From: Octopus sinensis
Lineage: Eukaryota
NCBI RefSeq assembly: GCF_006345805.1
Contig: NC_043015.1
Coordinates: forward strand, 24,180,001-24,244,000
Direction of reading: 5' to 3'
DNA: 64,000 bases
Made by a program: the position numbers and the translations under genes. The notes under the pieces are model-generated. The model was given only the letters and a program-made list of their open reading frames with translations, was not told the origin of the DNA and searched no databases. Positions 1-13,197 of this stretch are shown here, piece after piece (positions within the stretch are counted from its first letter, which is position 1; every line of letters begins with the position of its first letter).

Positions 1-122
1 TAGCAAAATGCATAAACAAATGGAATGGGAATAAAATCAAGGAACACAAGATTTACAATACATAGTTTAAAATACCTTTGTTGTTATCGTTGATTGTTTC
101 ATTGGGTAGCATTGTGGGACTA

Positions 123-145
123 TTCTCTCTCTCTCTCTCTCTCTC

Positions 146-199
<54 letters not shown>

Positions 200-235
200 G
201 CTGTGAGTGTGTGTACGTGTGTGTGTTTAGAGGAG

Positions 236-276
<41 letters not shown>

Positions 277-298
277 TATATATAATATATATATATGT

Positions 299-343
<45 letters not shown>

Positions 344-345
344 TG
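123..345. repeat. Compound microsatellite (CT)n-(TA)n-(GA)n
   Basis: Dinucleotide runs read directly from the sequence. Confidence 0.95.
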
Positions 346-399
346 CATCCGAGGAGCGACGTGTAAATGAGAATGCTTAATTATAAGTTTATTGTTCAA

Positions 400-1100
400 G
401 TAGTGAGAGGGTTCCGGAACTCTCTCTCTACTCGACTTACTTCCAACTTAAGATACAAATTCTACAGAAAAGTTGCTAACAGAAAACGTTTTGTCCACTA
501 ACAATCAGCCTTACCCACATGAGCCAAAGCCGCACACATGAGAAATGAGATTGCATGTATAAACAACAATTGCAGCAGTGTCACCGACAAAGCTGACAAC
601 ACCACACAGTTCCTAAGAGACCTAACCCAGAATGGCTACCCACCATCTTTAGCTAAACAACGGCGCCTGAAGAACATCAGGGTAAAAAAAAAACCGGAAG
701 TACCATCATCCTCCCACGTCCGATACGAGCTTCCTAAAGCTACCACACTTTAGCGACAGAACTACTGTAGCGATACAACACAGCCCTTCCCTGAGAAAAG
801 CTCCATCCAAGAACAACAAACCTCACTACTCTGAGGAGTGCACATCGTCGAACTGCCCCATCAATGACCCTGAATTGCGCGAGAGGACCAATGTCATATA
901 TGAGATCATCTGTGGCAAACGTGGCGCATCTTACATTGGAAGCACGACCGGGAATTCACAGTGCACATCAACGCAACACAGTGGAATAGGGGCAACCTTA
1001 GAATCCCTGAGGCTATCTTCATACACCAAAAAAACCCTAAGATCAACAATAGAAGATAGTTGTATATATGTTTTTTTTGCTTAGAAGCAAGATGCAATGC
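400..1100 (+). mobile_element. Penelope-like element fragment (RT thumb + GIY-YIG), decayed
   Basis: Thumb-like FVH*QSALPT*AKAAHMRNEIACINNNCS...LTQNGYPPS (about 490-660) and GIY-YIG-like NVIYEIICGKRGASYIGST (from about 890). Stops and frameshifts present. Confidence 0.85.
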
Positions 1101-1697
1101 TAAATAATTTTCGACTTTAGCCAAATACAACGATTAATTCCTTGATAGAGTACCCACTTAAATGGAGTGATGATACACAAGGTGATTTGATGGCATAAAA
1201 TCATTATAAATAGTAGTAATGGGGAGATGCATTTCTTCTTATATGTTACGTGGAATTGAAACGTACGTATTAATTGCTTCCAGAATATCATTATATATTT
1301 TGATTTCATTATTACAATATATATTAGAATATATATATATATATACATACATCTAAGTTCTCATTGTGATAGAGTTCCCGTTCAACACTCTTCGGTCGAA
1401 TAGTCATTTCCAGCTCGGTATTTACTTCGCAAATTCACAATTCTACGCTTAGCCAATCGCAGTGAAATGCTCAAGCAACAATCACGTGGTGTTTTACGTA
1501 AGGATTAATATTCTGTTTAATGTGCGAGTAAATTTAACAATGCTGTTGCTATCGCACGGTAAAAATTTTCTTTTGGAATACATTATCGTTCAAATATTAT
1601 TATGCATTGCACTTAGAGTGATCAAAAACGGAGCTACGTTGGATTTTGTTCTTCTTGCATTGGTTAATATACGCACGCGCTTACACACACATGCAGC

Positions 1698-1733
<36 letters not shown>

Positions 1734-1910
1734 TGTATGTATGTATAGTTATAGAATAGTTCATCACTGTTACCCAACGAAACAATCAACGAAAACGAGA
1801 TATATGTATAAAGATAGATAAATTGTGAGATGGAGGGATGGGTAGACAGACCTTTTAAATGACACGGAATATATAAACACACAAAGATCATTCGCATACG
1901 AGTGATATAT

Positions 1911-1958
<48 letters not shown>

Positions 1959-2674
1959 GGATATCTATGCGGGAATGTATGTATGCATTTACGTGTTCAT
2001 GAATCTGCGTGCGTTTGATATTCATGTGTATCTAAATGAATCCTGTAAATTAAAGTTTTCCGAGTGGCTTTCTTCTTATCTTTCTGCTCACTTCCTCACT
2101 TATCTAATTTTAACATGGAGCGTATCTTCAACTCCACCACCTCCCAGGCTCATTGTCTAATTCATCGCCTCCGCATATACGAAATTACTCTCACTAATCC
2201 ACTGTTACTACTACAGCTACTACTATATATCATTCAACTTTATATCTCTCTATATATATCTAGTGTTCACAAGTCATAGTCGCTGGCGCGCACACAGGCG
2301 CCCTGACACACGCATGCGTGCGAACACACATATATAGATTTACACGTGCACTCGTAGAAACACGTAGGTACACACGCGCACACATATGTGTGTGGGTGCG
2401 TTGTGTGTATATGTTACAGTATCTTTCGATGGATTTCTGGCTCCCATAAAAAGTGTTATTAACAACAAGGAACGGTTTAGGTTCTTTTTTTCTTTTTAGT
2501 TCGGCTTCACTAAATACTGATTCTAGTCTCCGTGAAATATTGTGTTTCTCCAAGAAGGAACTTGAATTGTATTATAGGGTTCAGGCGTTCTTTACTGATT
2601 TTTCCCTGTCGTTACTAACACACACACATACACACATATATGTATGTTTATTTATATATATATATTATATATAT

Positions 2675-2737
<63 letters not shown>

Positions 2738-3869
2738 GCACGTGTATGTCCATGATATTCATATGTAAATGCACACTCAAAACATATATATATATATATA
2801 TAGTCAAACACTTGTAATGAATGCTTTGTAGGTGTTCTCTTCTTTTTCACATTAACTACGATCTATTCAGCATTGAAGAATTGTAATAATTTTGAATTCA
2901 AAATTATCGACTTGAAGAAGCAGGTAAGTAATTATAGAAAAGTAAACCAGTACGATGTTAACGATGTATTTTTCACACCTTGAAACCCAGTGCTTTGATT
3001 CTAATCAATCTCTAACACTTGGATACCTTAATCACTGAACATGGTATCTTAATGGTTAGTTGAAGGTGATAGCTAATATAATCAGTTGACAAAAGTCAAA
3101 GTTGTTTGAAGTAATAAATGTTTGGTTCATGGTGTGTTCATATGTTGCTGCTAGTAATGGAATTGCCTGTATACCTCTTAGTGAGAGAAACAAATTCAGC
3201 GTCTTTAATGTTCTTCTCCATAAGTGCCTTCGAGAGAAAGTTATCCACAAACCGGAAACTGGGCATCAGAGTGGAACGTGGCATCGAAGTGCCAACCAAA
3301 AGTAAAAAGGTTCGACAATGGATTACGTCCTAGAACACCAAGAAGCGGAAGAAGACATTTCGTTCAATGCTTTATCAATTCCATCCACTCATCGCCGGAA
3401 GTGATATGCTGTTTTACCGAGAATGACGAGATGGTAGTGGTGGTGGTGAGCCGTGAATTTCATGTCCATCGAATTAAATATCAGAATGTATGGAAAAAGT
3501 AGGGCAATTTCATTTGTATAACATGGTCTCTTATTTTGAGAAAACATCTTAGGCACGTGTCTGTAGCCTCACATTGTATAGGATGTTCTTATTGACCCTT
3601 ATTACCATCTTTATGAAAAGAAATACCAAATGGATACTGTACACCTAGATTCCTTTTCTGAAATATAAGATTGGATGTTGTGGTTGTCCTGCTATATTTC
3701 ATGGAATCTGATAGAATAACAGCAGTAATAAATGTAGTGTAAACAGTGGTAAGGCACTTAATGTTAGCATCTCATGTTAGCATGAGAAACCGCAAACAAA
3801 ACCTTATTTTCCGTTGGGCCGCAACCATTTCTTTATCTTAGGTCAGTGTGTTCCCGTCAGATAGCACCA

Positions 3870-4085
3870 TTGCAATATGTACCGTTGGAAGTATCTGATC
3901 ATCCGACTTTCAGACGTTTTTCTCTCCTACATAGTGTCAGCTCTATTTCAGCGACGTACATTCCCCTCTCTAGCTATGGCCACCCTAAATGATATTGATG
4001 GCACATCTCCATGCACCCGACATATATCACACAAAATCTGCACTGACACTTTCGGAACATTCTTGAGCGAAGGGATGTTAGTTCT
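3870..4085 (-). mobile_element. Possible highly decayed PLE GIY-YIG remnant
   Basis: Minus strand with frameshifts gives NVxKVS-CRFCVIYVG and later RKTSESRMIRYF, resembling NVVYxIxCxxCxxxYVG and RxxxESxxI. Confidence 0.3.
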
Positions 4086-4677
4086 CTATACTACAATAGT
4101 TCAAATACCCAAGCAGTTTATATACGAAAAATAAACTAACATCAAAACCTTGCCGCCTATACTGTAATATTCTGATGACCATCTGCCCTCAAAACATGAC
4201 GGAATCTTTGTTTGTCCCCCGGCGTAGCTTGACAACCAGTGTTGGTGTGCTTGCGTCCTCAGGCCTAAAGATAAGTTCCAACGTTTATTTGTTCGGCTAA
4301 AGCCCTTGAAGGCGTTTTCCCAGTATTGCTACAGTCCAATGACTGCAACAAGCAAAGGAGAAAAACTTGACTATACACTCATATATTTGTAGGTATGTGT
4401 GTATGCGTGTACGTGCGTAAGAGAAAGAAAGAAAGAGGGAGAGAGAAAGGCATTTTGAAATGCATCTTTCGTAAGAATGTGGCATCTGTGTTAGGTCAGA
4501 CCGAATAGATGATGTCGAAAACAACTGGTTGTCTCCAGAGTAGAGCCGCCAATACAATGCAGAAATGCCATACACGTAGAGTGCTGAAGACACAAACAAA
4601 CAGTAATACAAAAAACAAAAAGCAAAAAAGATGACAGCTGATTTATTTAATACAAAGGAAGCTGACACGCTGAATAT

Positions 4678-4743
<66 letters not shown>

Positions 4744-4794
4744 CCATGCACACACACATGTATATATATGCATATATATGTGTATATAAATATA

Positions 4795-4920
4795 TATTTC
4801 TCTTGAATGAAACAGTTCTAGTCCTGTAGAAGCTCCTTCTATATAATAAATTAATTTTACTCTGCTCTGTATTGAGTACCTTATTTACTGTGGTTAACCC
4901 CGAATCAACCCGGGACCTAC
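4795..4920 (+). mobile_element. PLE pLTR-derived mini-element, family A (3' half of HHR-like motif plus tail), between (TA)n
   Basis: tttctcttgaatGAAAcagttctagTCctgtagaagctcc...gagtaccttatttactgtggttaacccc. The same sequence recurs at 10185-10335 and 42977-43158. Confidence 0.7.
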
Positions 4921-5035
4921 ATATATATATATATATATATACATACACATATATATATGTATATATGTACACATGTACGTATATATATATATACACACAC
5001 ACATACACCCACACACATATATATTGTTTATATAT

Positions 5036-5213
5036 ATTCTTGTCCTTGTTTCAGTCATTTGGCTGCATCCATGCCGGAGCACCGCCTTTAGTGAGCAAAT
5101 TGGCACCAGGACATTCTTTGTAAGCCTAGTACTTATTCTATCGGTCTTTTTGCCGAATCACAAACACGCCAGCATCGGTTGTCAAGCGATGTTGGGTGGG
5201 GGACACACAAACA

Positions 5214-5301
<88 letters not shown>

Positions 5302-5472
5302 TTTAACAATTAAGGATAATCTCTTAATAAGGGATCTTAACAAGAAATTATCGGGTAGCTAGCGTGAAAACCTCATAAAAGAAAAGAATTCGAAAATAAT
5401 TTTTTTCTTTTGAACAAATTAATTATATCTATATTGTATAGAGGGCACTTGGGAAAGTGTCTTCTACTATAG

Positions 5473-5505
<33 letters not shown>

Positions 5506-5666
5506 CGGGCTTCTTTCACATTTCGTCTACCTACTCCACCCACAAATATTTGGTCAGCACGAAGCTATAGTAGAAGACACTTTCCCAAGGTGCCACGCAG
5601 TTGGCCAGAACCTGGAACCATGTGGTTGGTAAGCAAGCTACTTACCACACAGCCACTCCTGTGCCT
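5036..5666 (-). mobile_element. Composite tRNA-derived SINE (head 5504-5666, internal (TA)n, LINE-like tail 5036-5205)
   Basis: Head has A/B-box-like tggtaagtagc...ggttccaggttctgg; tail reads ggcggtgctccggcatgg...gactgaaac. Homologous heads occur at 15138, 21250 and 34927. Confidence 0.75.
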
Positions 5667-5970
5667 ATATATGTATACAAACTGCAAACAAAACACACAC
5701 ACTACATATACATACACGCACACACACATATTTCAAACTACCAGTACCTTTCTACTGATCATTCTTCTACGCACATGTGTAGGTAGACACAAAACAGCCA
5801 GCTACTCCTACCAAAATTCTTACTAGAAATTCTTCCTATGACCTGAAATGATACTAAGACCAACCGTATCCACACACACACACGTGCTATTATTACACAC
5901 ACACACGCACACACAGATAGACTAATTGACTGAGTTCAGTTGATCGAATAACACATCAGCGAAATGGTAC

Positions 5971-6077
5971 CTGCTGACCTTGAGCAAGGTATTTCAATTC
6001 ATGTTGCTGCAATGTATATAGCTGCACTGAGTTCCAGTCGGATACTGGTGAATTCCTGCGCGTGGTTATATCTGCAC
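5971..6077 (-). CDS. Candidate internal exon (107 nt, phase 1 to 0): GADITTRRNSPVSDWNSVQLYTLQQHELKYLAQGQQ
   Basis: Acceptor gactcatttgttcag, donor CAG|gtacca, open frame in non-repetitive sequence. No protein family recognised. Confidence 0.25.
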
Positions 6078-7245
6078 CTGAACAAATGAGTCAAATCAGG
6101 GTGCGTGTTACCAAGCGAGTGCTGACCGGTTTTTCTGCAATGACTAAAAACGGAAGAGTGACACTTATGTATGAATTGCCTTTCGTTATATGATAAACCT
6201 TATTGAAGTCAGCTTAAAGCTAAATAACAAATCTAACATCATTATCCGAATATTTATCCATAAATCTTTATGCAAAAATTCCGAACCAATTGCTTTCAGC
6301 ATTGAAACAACTTCATTTTCGGCTGAATCTGCACAGCAACCTCAACAGTTTGTCTAGTTGCAGAACAAAGAATTTTAATAAATTAAGTGCGAAAGGAATC
6401 GTTGAATGCAGCAATTTATAATTGAGTTTATCTTTACTAACAGCGAGTATTTATCGCATATGAAATAAATAACTCTTTTAATGATCATTGTAAAAAAGTA
6501 CGTAACCAAACAAAGCACTTAAAGTTGCATTCGTCGCTGCTAACAGCTTTTCAATAAAAGTAAGAAACAAATCTCTGGTCACAGCGGTGGGTGAATAAGT
6601 TTATATTAATTATCGAATACCTTTTATTTGCATGCGTTTTACTTAAACAGTATTTTTAATAGCTAATTTAAGTAAACCGAATGTTGCCATTTTAAAACAG
6701 GATTTGAATGTTAGAAAAAAAAAGAAGAATAAAATAGAGAAAACAAACAAAAACTGCACCAACATTTGCTTGTTGAAAATTGACAAGTAAAAGGAAAGAC
6801 AGAACTAAATAAACTAAATTCATTGAAAGAATTTTAGAAAGAGAATAGAATAAATAGAATTTTGATATTCCATGCGACCGACGGCTAACTACGAAAGTTA
6901 GTGTTTTTTATGCGACGTTATTTTACATCTTTCGTACAATACACGCAGAGAGATGCACATATGTTCATACACGACAAGAATAATACTTGGACACACACGC
7001 ACACACACGCACGGACACGCACACACACTCAAACACAAATGCTATAATCTATAAATACAACGAGCAGGTAATTTGAAAATAAAGGAAACATTTTGATATG
7101 AGTATGTGTTCATATATGTATGTATATACGGATGTGTACGTACATACATATATATATATATATAATATATATATAGAGAGAGAGAGGGAGAGAGAGAGAG
7201 AGATTTGTGCATGTAAATGTAATTATGTATGTAAGTATGTATATA

Positions 7246-7309
<64 letters not shown>

Positions 7310-7496
7310 GTATACACACATATATACTATCTTCATTCGTTAAATGAATTCAAAAATTTTTCCTGAAATGGCTTTCAATTCAGAATATTACCATATTTTA
7401 GTTTCAGATAAAGAACAGAAAAATAAATTAAAATGGTATAACATTTTAAAGCATATAAAATGTATATTAATACTACTACAACTAATAATAATAATA

Positions 7497-7541
<45 letters not shown>

Positions 7542-8139
7542 CAACATTTAGTTTAATAATAGTAAAACCGGAAATGGTACTTGTAAAATAATTAAGTGAA
7601 GAACTGAAACAGAAACACAAGAGGCTTCAGCACAAAGGGTTCCATTAATTGAATTTTCAAATTTTAAAAGAAAGAAATAACAACTGACTGAAAAAAACAC
7701 AGTAAATGTGGATAGAAAGGAAGAAAGAGGGGTTGAGGAATAAAGTGAAACAGTAATAGAGAGAAAGAGCGCAAATACCTGAAAACATTCACACACGCAT
7801 AAATATATGTACACACACAAATGCATACGCATTCATGTGTATATATGTGTTATATATATATACGTATGTGTGTATCTGCGTCTGTGTATATGTATCCGTG
7901 TTTGTATGTGTTGTACGTGTGAGTTTGTGTGTGCTTGTGTATCCGTGTGTGTGCGTGTACAATCCGGAATGCCAGGACAGATGTTAGTTTAAATAATTCA
8001 TTTAATGAAAGAAATAATGATAATCCGTCTAGTTACACATTCTCTGGTAAAATTCTGTTCAGCAATATTTAGAGTCAAAGATTCATATTACATATACATG
8101 CATTCACGCACACACATACACACACCTTATACTTTATAT

Positions 8140-8420
8140 AAGCAAATGGTCATAGGTTCAGTTCCACCTTAGACTAGTGCGCTGGGCCGCCTAATACTTT
8201 GTGATTGGATTGGGAGACGGAAACTGAAAGAAACCCATTGCATGTGTGTGTGTACGTATCTTTGTGCTTGTCCTCTAACACTGCGTGAAAACCGGTGTTG
8301 ATTTGCTTATGTCTCCTCGACTTAGCGATTCGGCAAAGGTATTGACATGATATGTACCAGGATTAAAAAATGAAATACGGAGATCCATTTGTTCGACTGC
8401 ACCCTTGAAGGAGGTTTCCA
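8140..8420 (+). mobile_element. Diverged composite SINE
   Basis: ggttcagttcc...gacggaaactgaaagaaaccc followed by a TG tract and the tail ttgtcc...aaccggtgttg...cttagcgattcggcaaa. Confidence 0.65.
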
Positions 8421-8541
8421 ATCGTGACGGTAGAAGATATGTGTGTGTGTGTGCATACACGTAACAAGTATCTATCTATATATTTATTCATCTATCTGTC
8501 TATCATTCTATTTGTCTACTTACCTATTAATATATATATAT

Positions 8542-9420
8542 ATAACCTGCTCTGTGTGTCAAGAGCAATACATAGGTCAAACAAAAAATAGTTTACGTAA
8601 AAGAATGGCCCTGCACAGATCCCACATTAAAATTCCCCAAAACAGAAAAATAGCATTCAGTCAACACATAGACATTTGCGCCAACAACAAAACTCCAAGC
8701 TTCAGGATTTTCCCCTGTACCAATTCAGGGACGATGCAACCTGGAGCCAACGAACTAGTAAAGGAAATCTCTTTATTACAAAATACAGGCCCCTTCTGAA
8801 CGCGTCTACGACAAACGATATATCCACCTCAGCTTTAGAATAACACAAATACACATGCAAATATTACATTCCTAAGAATCCATTAAAAAACAGCCCCAAT
8901 CACTGCTAAAATCTATAACGTGCCAACTTTAAGTCATTCAACACCTCATTACTTTCACTCATTCATTTTCCCCCTTCCCTTTCTTCTTCTTCTTCTTCTT
9001 CTTCTTCATCATCATCACCACCATCATCATCATCATCTTCCTTACACCTACGCAAATTCTATAAACAAAACATTCAATAGAAATATTTTCACGAATTGAA
9101 CAGCATATGCTAGCCTCCACTGACCATTCAAAATACTACAATCATGGCACTCCCAAATTCTTCGTCTTCTTCCACCCCTTCTCATCCTCCTTCTTCCCTA
9201 CCAAGAATTCACAACGACCTCGAACCCACAAGAGTAAACAAGAGAGACAGAGAAATGCAGAAACAAGGAAAATGCCACTTATAATTGAAAACTATACAAA
9301 TATTCTTTTAAAAATCTTTTCTTTTAATTTTTCTAAATTTAATTATTTAATTGTTACAGTTGAAAAAGGTCTCAATGACTGAAACCGGTACTGAAATGTT
9401 CTTTATAAAATTATTTTAGC
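8542..9420 (+). mobile_element. 5'-truncated PLE (GIY-YIG + 3' UTR/pLTR) starting directly after (TA)n
   Basis: ITCSVCQEQYIGQTKNSLRKRMALHRSHIK...SQHIDIC, then a frameshift to ...FITKYRPLLN. HHR at 9353-9397. Confidence 0.9.
9353..9397 (+). ncRNA. Minimal type I hammerhead ribozyme, U3-A8 core variant
   Basis: cag TTGAAAA a GGTC tcaat GACT GAAA CCGG TA ctg: helix I cag/ctg, 4-bp helix II, palindromic helix III, GUA cleavage triplet. Confidence 0.65.
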
Positions 9421-9469
9421 ATTTTCTATCCTGACTTGTTTTTTCATATATATATATATATGTATATGT

Positions 9470-9622
9470 ATAGGTTTATTTTATCGTGTCCCGTTTCGTT
9501 GAAGAGCGTAGGCCCGAAACGTAAAAGACTTTCTCACTTTCCGGAGCTTCAAACTAATACCCCTGCTTGTTGTTTATACACCTGTCATCGTCTGCTATTT
9601 TCTGTAAATTTGAGCGATATAT
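9470..9622 (+). mobile_element. PLE pLTR fragment, family B (HHR-like ...TTGAAGAGCGTAGGCCCGAAACGTA)
   Basis: Homologous to 10368-10520 (minus) and 35755-35945 (plus). Confidence 0.7.
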
Positions 9623-9654
9623 AACTGTGTGTGTATGTGTGAGTGTGTGTGTGT

Positions 9655-9656
<2 letters not shown>

Positions 9657-9741
<85 letters not shown>

Positions 9742-9742
9742 G
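9657..9742. repeat. (GATA)n microsatellite
   Basis: About 21 consecutive GATA units. Confidence 0.97.
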
Positions 9743-10069
9743 TATAGGTATCAATAATTGAATGAGAAAAAACAAGGATAACTGACGGCTGTTTCTCGTA
9801 TAAGAATCTGTACACTCATGTGAGTACTAATGTTCGTTATTGAAGCAGGGAGATAACCATTTGAGATATTGTGTTGCATTGCCAAAGAAATATCTCAAAT
9901 AAGACAGCAGAGTGATGACGAATGTTTGCCAAGCGTGTCCCCATTGAGAAAATATGGGACGTTATGCGAAAGCAGTTGGAAAGTGTTTTTCTGTCACTGA
10001 TGAAGGCGAGTTGCTTGCTACAAAGTATCACACATATCATTTTATAACGTTCAGAGCCGTAATATATAT

Positions 10070-10153
<84 letters not shown>

Positions 10154-10184
10154 TATATATATATATATAATTATATATATATAT

Positions 10185-10333
10185 GTAGGTCCCGGGTTGA
10201 TCCGGGGTTAACCACAGTAAGTAAGGTACTCAATACATAGCAGAGTAAAAGATGTAGGAGTGAATTCCTGAAGATTTCTCTTGAATGAAACAGTACTAGT
10301 CCTGTAGAAGCTCCTTCTATATAATAAATTAAA

Positions 10334-10335
<2 letters not shown>
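10185..10335. mobile_element. Family A mini-element, inverted (head-to-head) arrangement with HHR-like core at 10268-10301
   Basis: Tail on minus (10185-10250), short junction, then CTGAAGA tttc tctt gaat GAAA cagtactag TC on plus. (TA)n on both sides. Confidence 0.7.
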
Positions 10336-10367
<32 letters not shown>

Positions 10368-10370
<3 letters not shown>

Positions 10371-12480
10371 CGGGAAAGTTTACGAAAATAAGCAAAAGAC
10401 GAAGGCGAGTGGAGTACAAATAAACAAATGTAATTGTATAGTCTTTACGTTTCGAGCCTACGCTCTTCGACAGAAAGATACACAGAAAAAAAGAAGGAGA
10501 GAAACAAGGAGAGAAAAAATAATGCGTGTAGGAGCTAACGATTTATCATGGCGTCCTGACGTCGGACAGTGGTCAGACGCGAGAGGGACAGAAGGGGAGA
10601 TAACAGGGTCCATTGACTTCCAATGTGAAGGTGCCCCCAACACAAGGTGCGTGTGTGTATAAGAGAGTATGTATGTGCGTATGAAAGACGGCTGGTGGTC
10701 TGGACGTGTGTGCGTATATGTGTATGTATGTGTAAAGACGTGGAGATGTGTGTGTGGGCGGTGTGCTGTGGGTGGTGTGGTGTGATGTGATGTGTAATGT
10801 TGTATGGTGTAGTGTAATGTGGTGTGATGTTGTGGGGAGGTGGGGGAGGCGAGAGTGGGGAAAGCACAGGTGTGGGGTGGTTTCGGCTGCGGGTTGGGGT
10901 AGAGTGGGGCTTGTGGGTATGTAGAGGGTGGGGTTAGAGGTAAGGTACGTGGGGGAGGGATATGGGATGTGGGTGTGGTATGTGGGGGATAGGGGTGAGA
11001 TGCGTAGTGTAGGGTGTGGGGTAGGGTGAGGGAATGGGGTGGGAATGATAGGGAAGGTGGAGTAGGGTTGGGGGGTTAATGGGGGAGGTGGGAGAGAGAG
11101 GAGGAAAGAAAGAGAGAAGAGAGGGGCACGGAAGATGGGGGAGAGTGAGAGAGGGGATGGGGAGATGGGGAAGGGGACGGGACGGGAGAGAGGAGGAGAG
11201 GAGGGGAGAGGGGGAAGGAGAGGTGGGGGAGGATGGAGAGGGGAGAGAAGGTGAGTGAGGGAGCAGAGAGAAAGAGAGAAGGGGAAGAGGGAAGAAGAGA
11301 GAAGAGGGAAAAGATGGAAGAATAGGAAAGAAGAGAAAGAAGGGAAGAGGAGGGAAAGAGTGTAGGGGTGAAAAGATGTAGGAGTGAAGAGAAGTAGGAG
11401 TCGGGAGGAGGTTAGATGAAAAGGGGGGGAAGAGTTGATCCCAAATGGCGTAAAAGAGCGAAGGGAAAAGATTAATCCCTGTTCACGGCACAAGCGGGAA
11501 TCCGGATGGCCTCTGTGCAAGGACAATCCGAACACAGACAGGTGTTGCAAGGAGTGACCGGTGGAGCGGAAATGGCGTGAGACTGGAGTGTCATTGGCGA
11601 GGCGGATGTCTCGGAGGTGTTCCGCCAACCGGTCAGCCAAGCGGCGTCCCTTTTGTCCGATGTACAGGGACTGGCAGAGAGAGCAGGAGATGCAATAGAT
11701 GATATTGCTGGAGGTTCAGGTGAAGGAGTGGATGATGCGATAGGGTCGACGATGGGTGCCGGTGAGGAGGGTGGTGTTGGAGAGGTAAGGGCAAGTGCGG
11801 CAGCGTGTGCGGGACAGGGGAACGAGCCAGGTTGGGAGGTAGGGTTGGGGAAGAAGGTGTGGACCAAGAGATCTCGTAGGTTATGGGCTCGTTTGGAGGA
11901 GGGAAGGGGTCGGTTAGGGAAGAGGTGTGAAGTGGACGGGGCGGACTGGAGATGCCGGAAAGCTCGAAGAATGGTGCGTTGGAGAAGTAGGGTGGTGGGG
12001 TGGTAGGTGAGGGGGAAAGGGGGGGCGGGTTCGGGGGAGAGAGCAGATGCACGGTCTACGGAACGTGCTCTGGCAAGGGCGGTGTGGATAGTGGTGAGGG
12101 GGTATCCGCGTAGGATGAAGTGGCGAGCCATGCGTTGAGACTGAGTCTCAAGGTCATGGTCGTCACTACAGAGCCTATGTAGACAGAGGAATTGGGAATA
12201 GGGGATGGAAAGCTTGGTGTGTTTGGGGTGGGAGGAAGAAAAGTTTAGGAATGAGTGTGAGTCTGTGTGTTTGTAGTGAATGGAGGTGGTAAGAGTGGAG
12301 TGATGAATGCTGACCGAAATGTCGAGGAAGGAGAGAGAGGTGTTGGAGATAGTGCAGGTGAAGTGGAGGGCAAGATAGAAAGATTTAACGAAAGAGAGGA
12401 AGGAGTCTAGATGTTCGCGGGAGAGTGAGGTGGGACCGATACAGTTGTCAATGTTCGGGAGTGGGACCAGTGAAACTAGA
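10368..12480 (-). mobile_element. PLE, 5'-truncated: RT C-terminal half + GIY-YIG + long low-complexity 3' region + pLTR
   Basis: IDNCIG...LSFLDISV...HYKHTDSHSFLNFSSSHPKHTKLSIPYSQFLCLHRLCS...LRGYP; then SFT*TSSNIIYCISCSLCQSLYIGQKGRRLADRLAEHLRDI...VSRHF...PFGIN. Frameshifted. Confidence 0.93.
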
Positions 12481-12564
12481 GAATATTTGGGTCAGATAAT
12501 ATATACCTGATATATCAAGAGTTGTGTTCTTGAGCAAAATACTTCATTTCAAATTGCTCCAGTC

Positions 12565-12690
12565 CCCCTTCGATCAGGGTGGGGGTTGTTGGCCTAGCCA
12601 GCGACGTGGCACTAATTGAAGGCTAAAACAATGCAAAGTGCGCATTGTGCCCAGCGACATTAACATCTGATAACCTCGTCAGTCACGTGA
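12565..12690 (-). repeat. Dispersed repeat fragment of uncertain class
   Basis: Motif gaaggctaaaacaatgcaaagt recurs in the inverted arms at 58354-58564. Confidence 0.4.
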
Positions 12691-13151
12691 TATATATATA
12701 TATATATATAATGGTTATGACTTTATAGTGCATCCGGCTGTGAGCCTCCACTTCGGGATTTCTGGAGCTCTGGGGAGAATGGGGTTATCCGTTAATTACT
12801 ATTACTCTCAGGTCGGTAGTGACCCGGAACGGTAGCATCCACTAGGTTACTATCTTAGGGTTAAATAGATCACCGAGTGGGCTTCCGTTATATTTGAGGA
12901 TGCTGTACTGAAGGTAGCACTTCTAGGAGAAAGATACGCTGGCATAGAAATTGCGGTCGAAATAACACCAGTCAACTTGCGAAGCTTTTCGCTGGAAGCT
13001 AATATGGCGATGGAGATGACGGCAAATGTATAGGACAAATAGTTGCTAGTTATATACTATGACGTATATGTCTCACTATCATTTGAATGTGAAAAGTCTA
13101 TCATCTGAGAAGTTGAGGCAATCATCATCGTCATCATATATGTGCGTATAA

Positions 13152-13197
<46 letters not shown>

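Noticed and set aside
3100-3500. Overlapping ORFs, a CCGGAAGT (ETS-like) motif and ATG-TAT-GGA (MYG) at about 3486
   Set aside because: No recognisable protein, MYG closes after 11 codons, and a single motif cannot support a promoter call.
11617-12052. Gly/Glu-rich and Pro-rich ORFs
   Set aside because: Alternate frames and antisense of the PLE.
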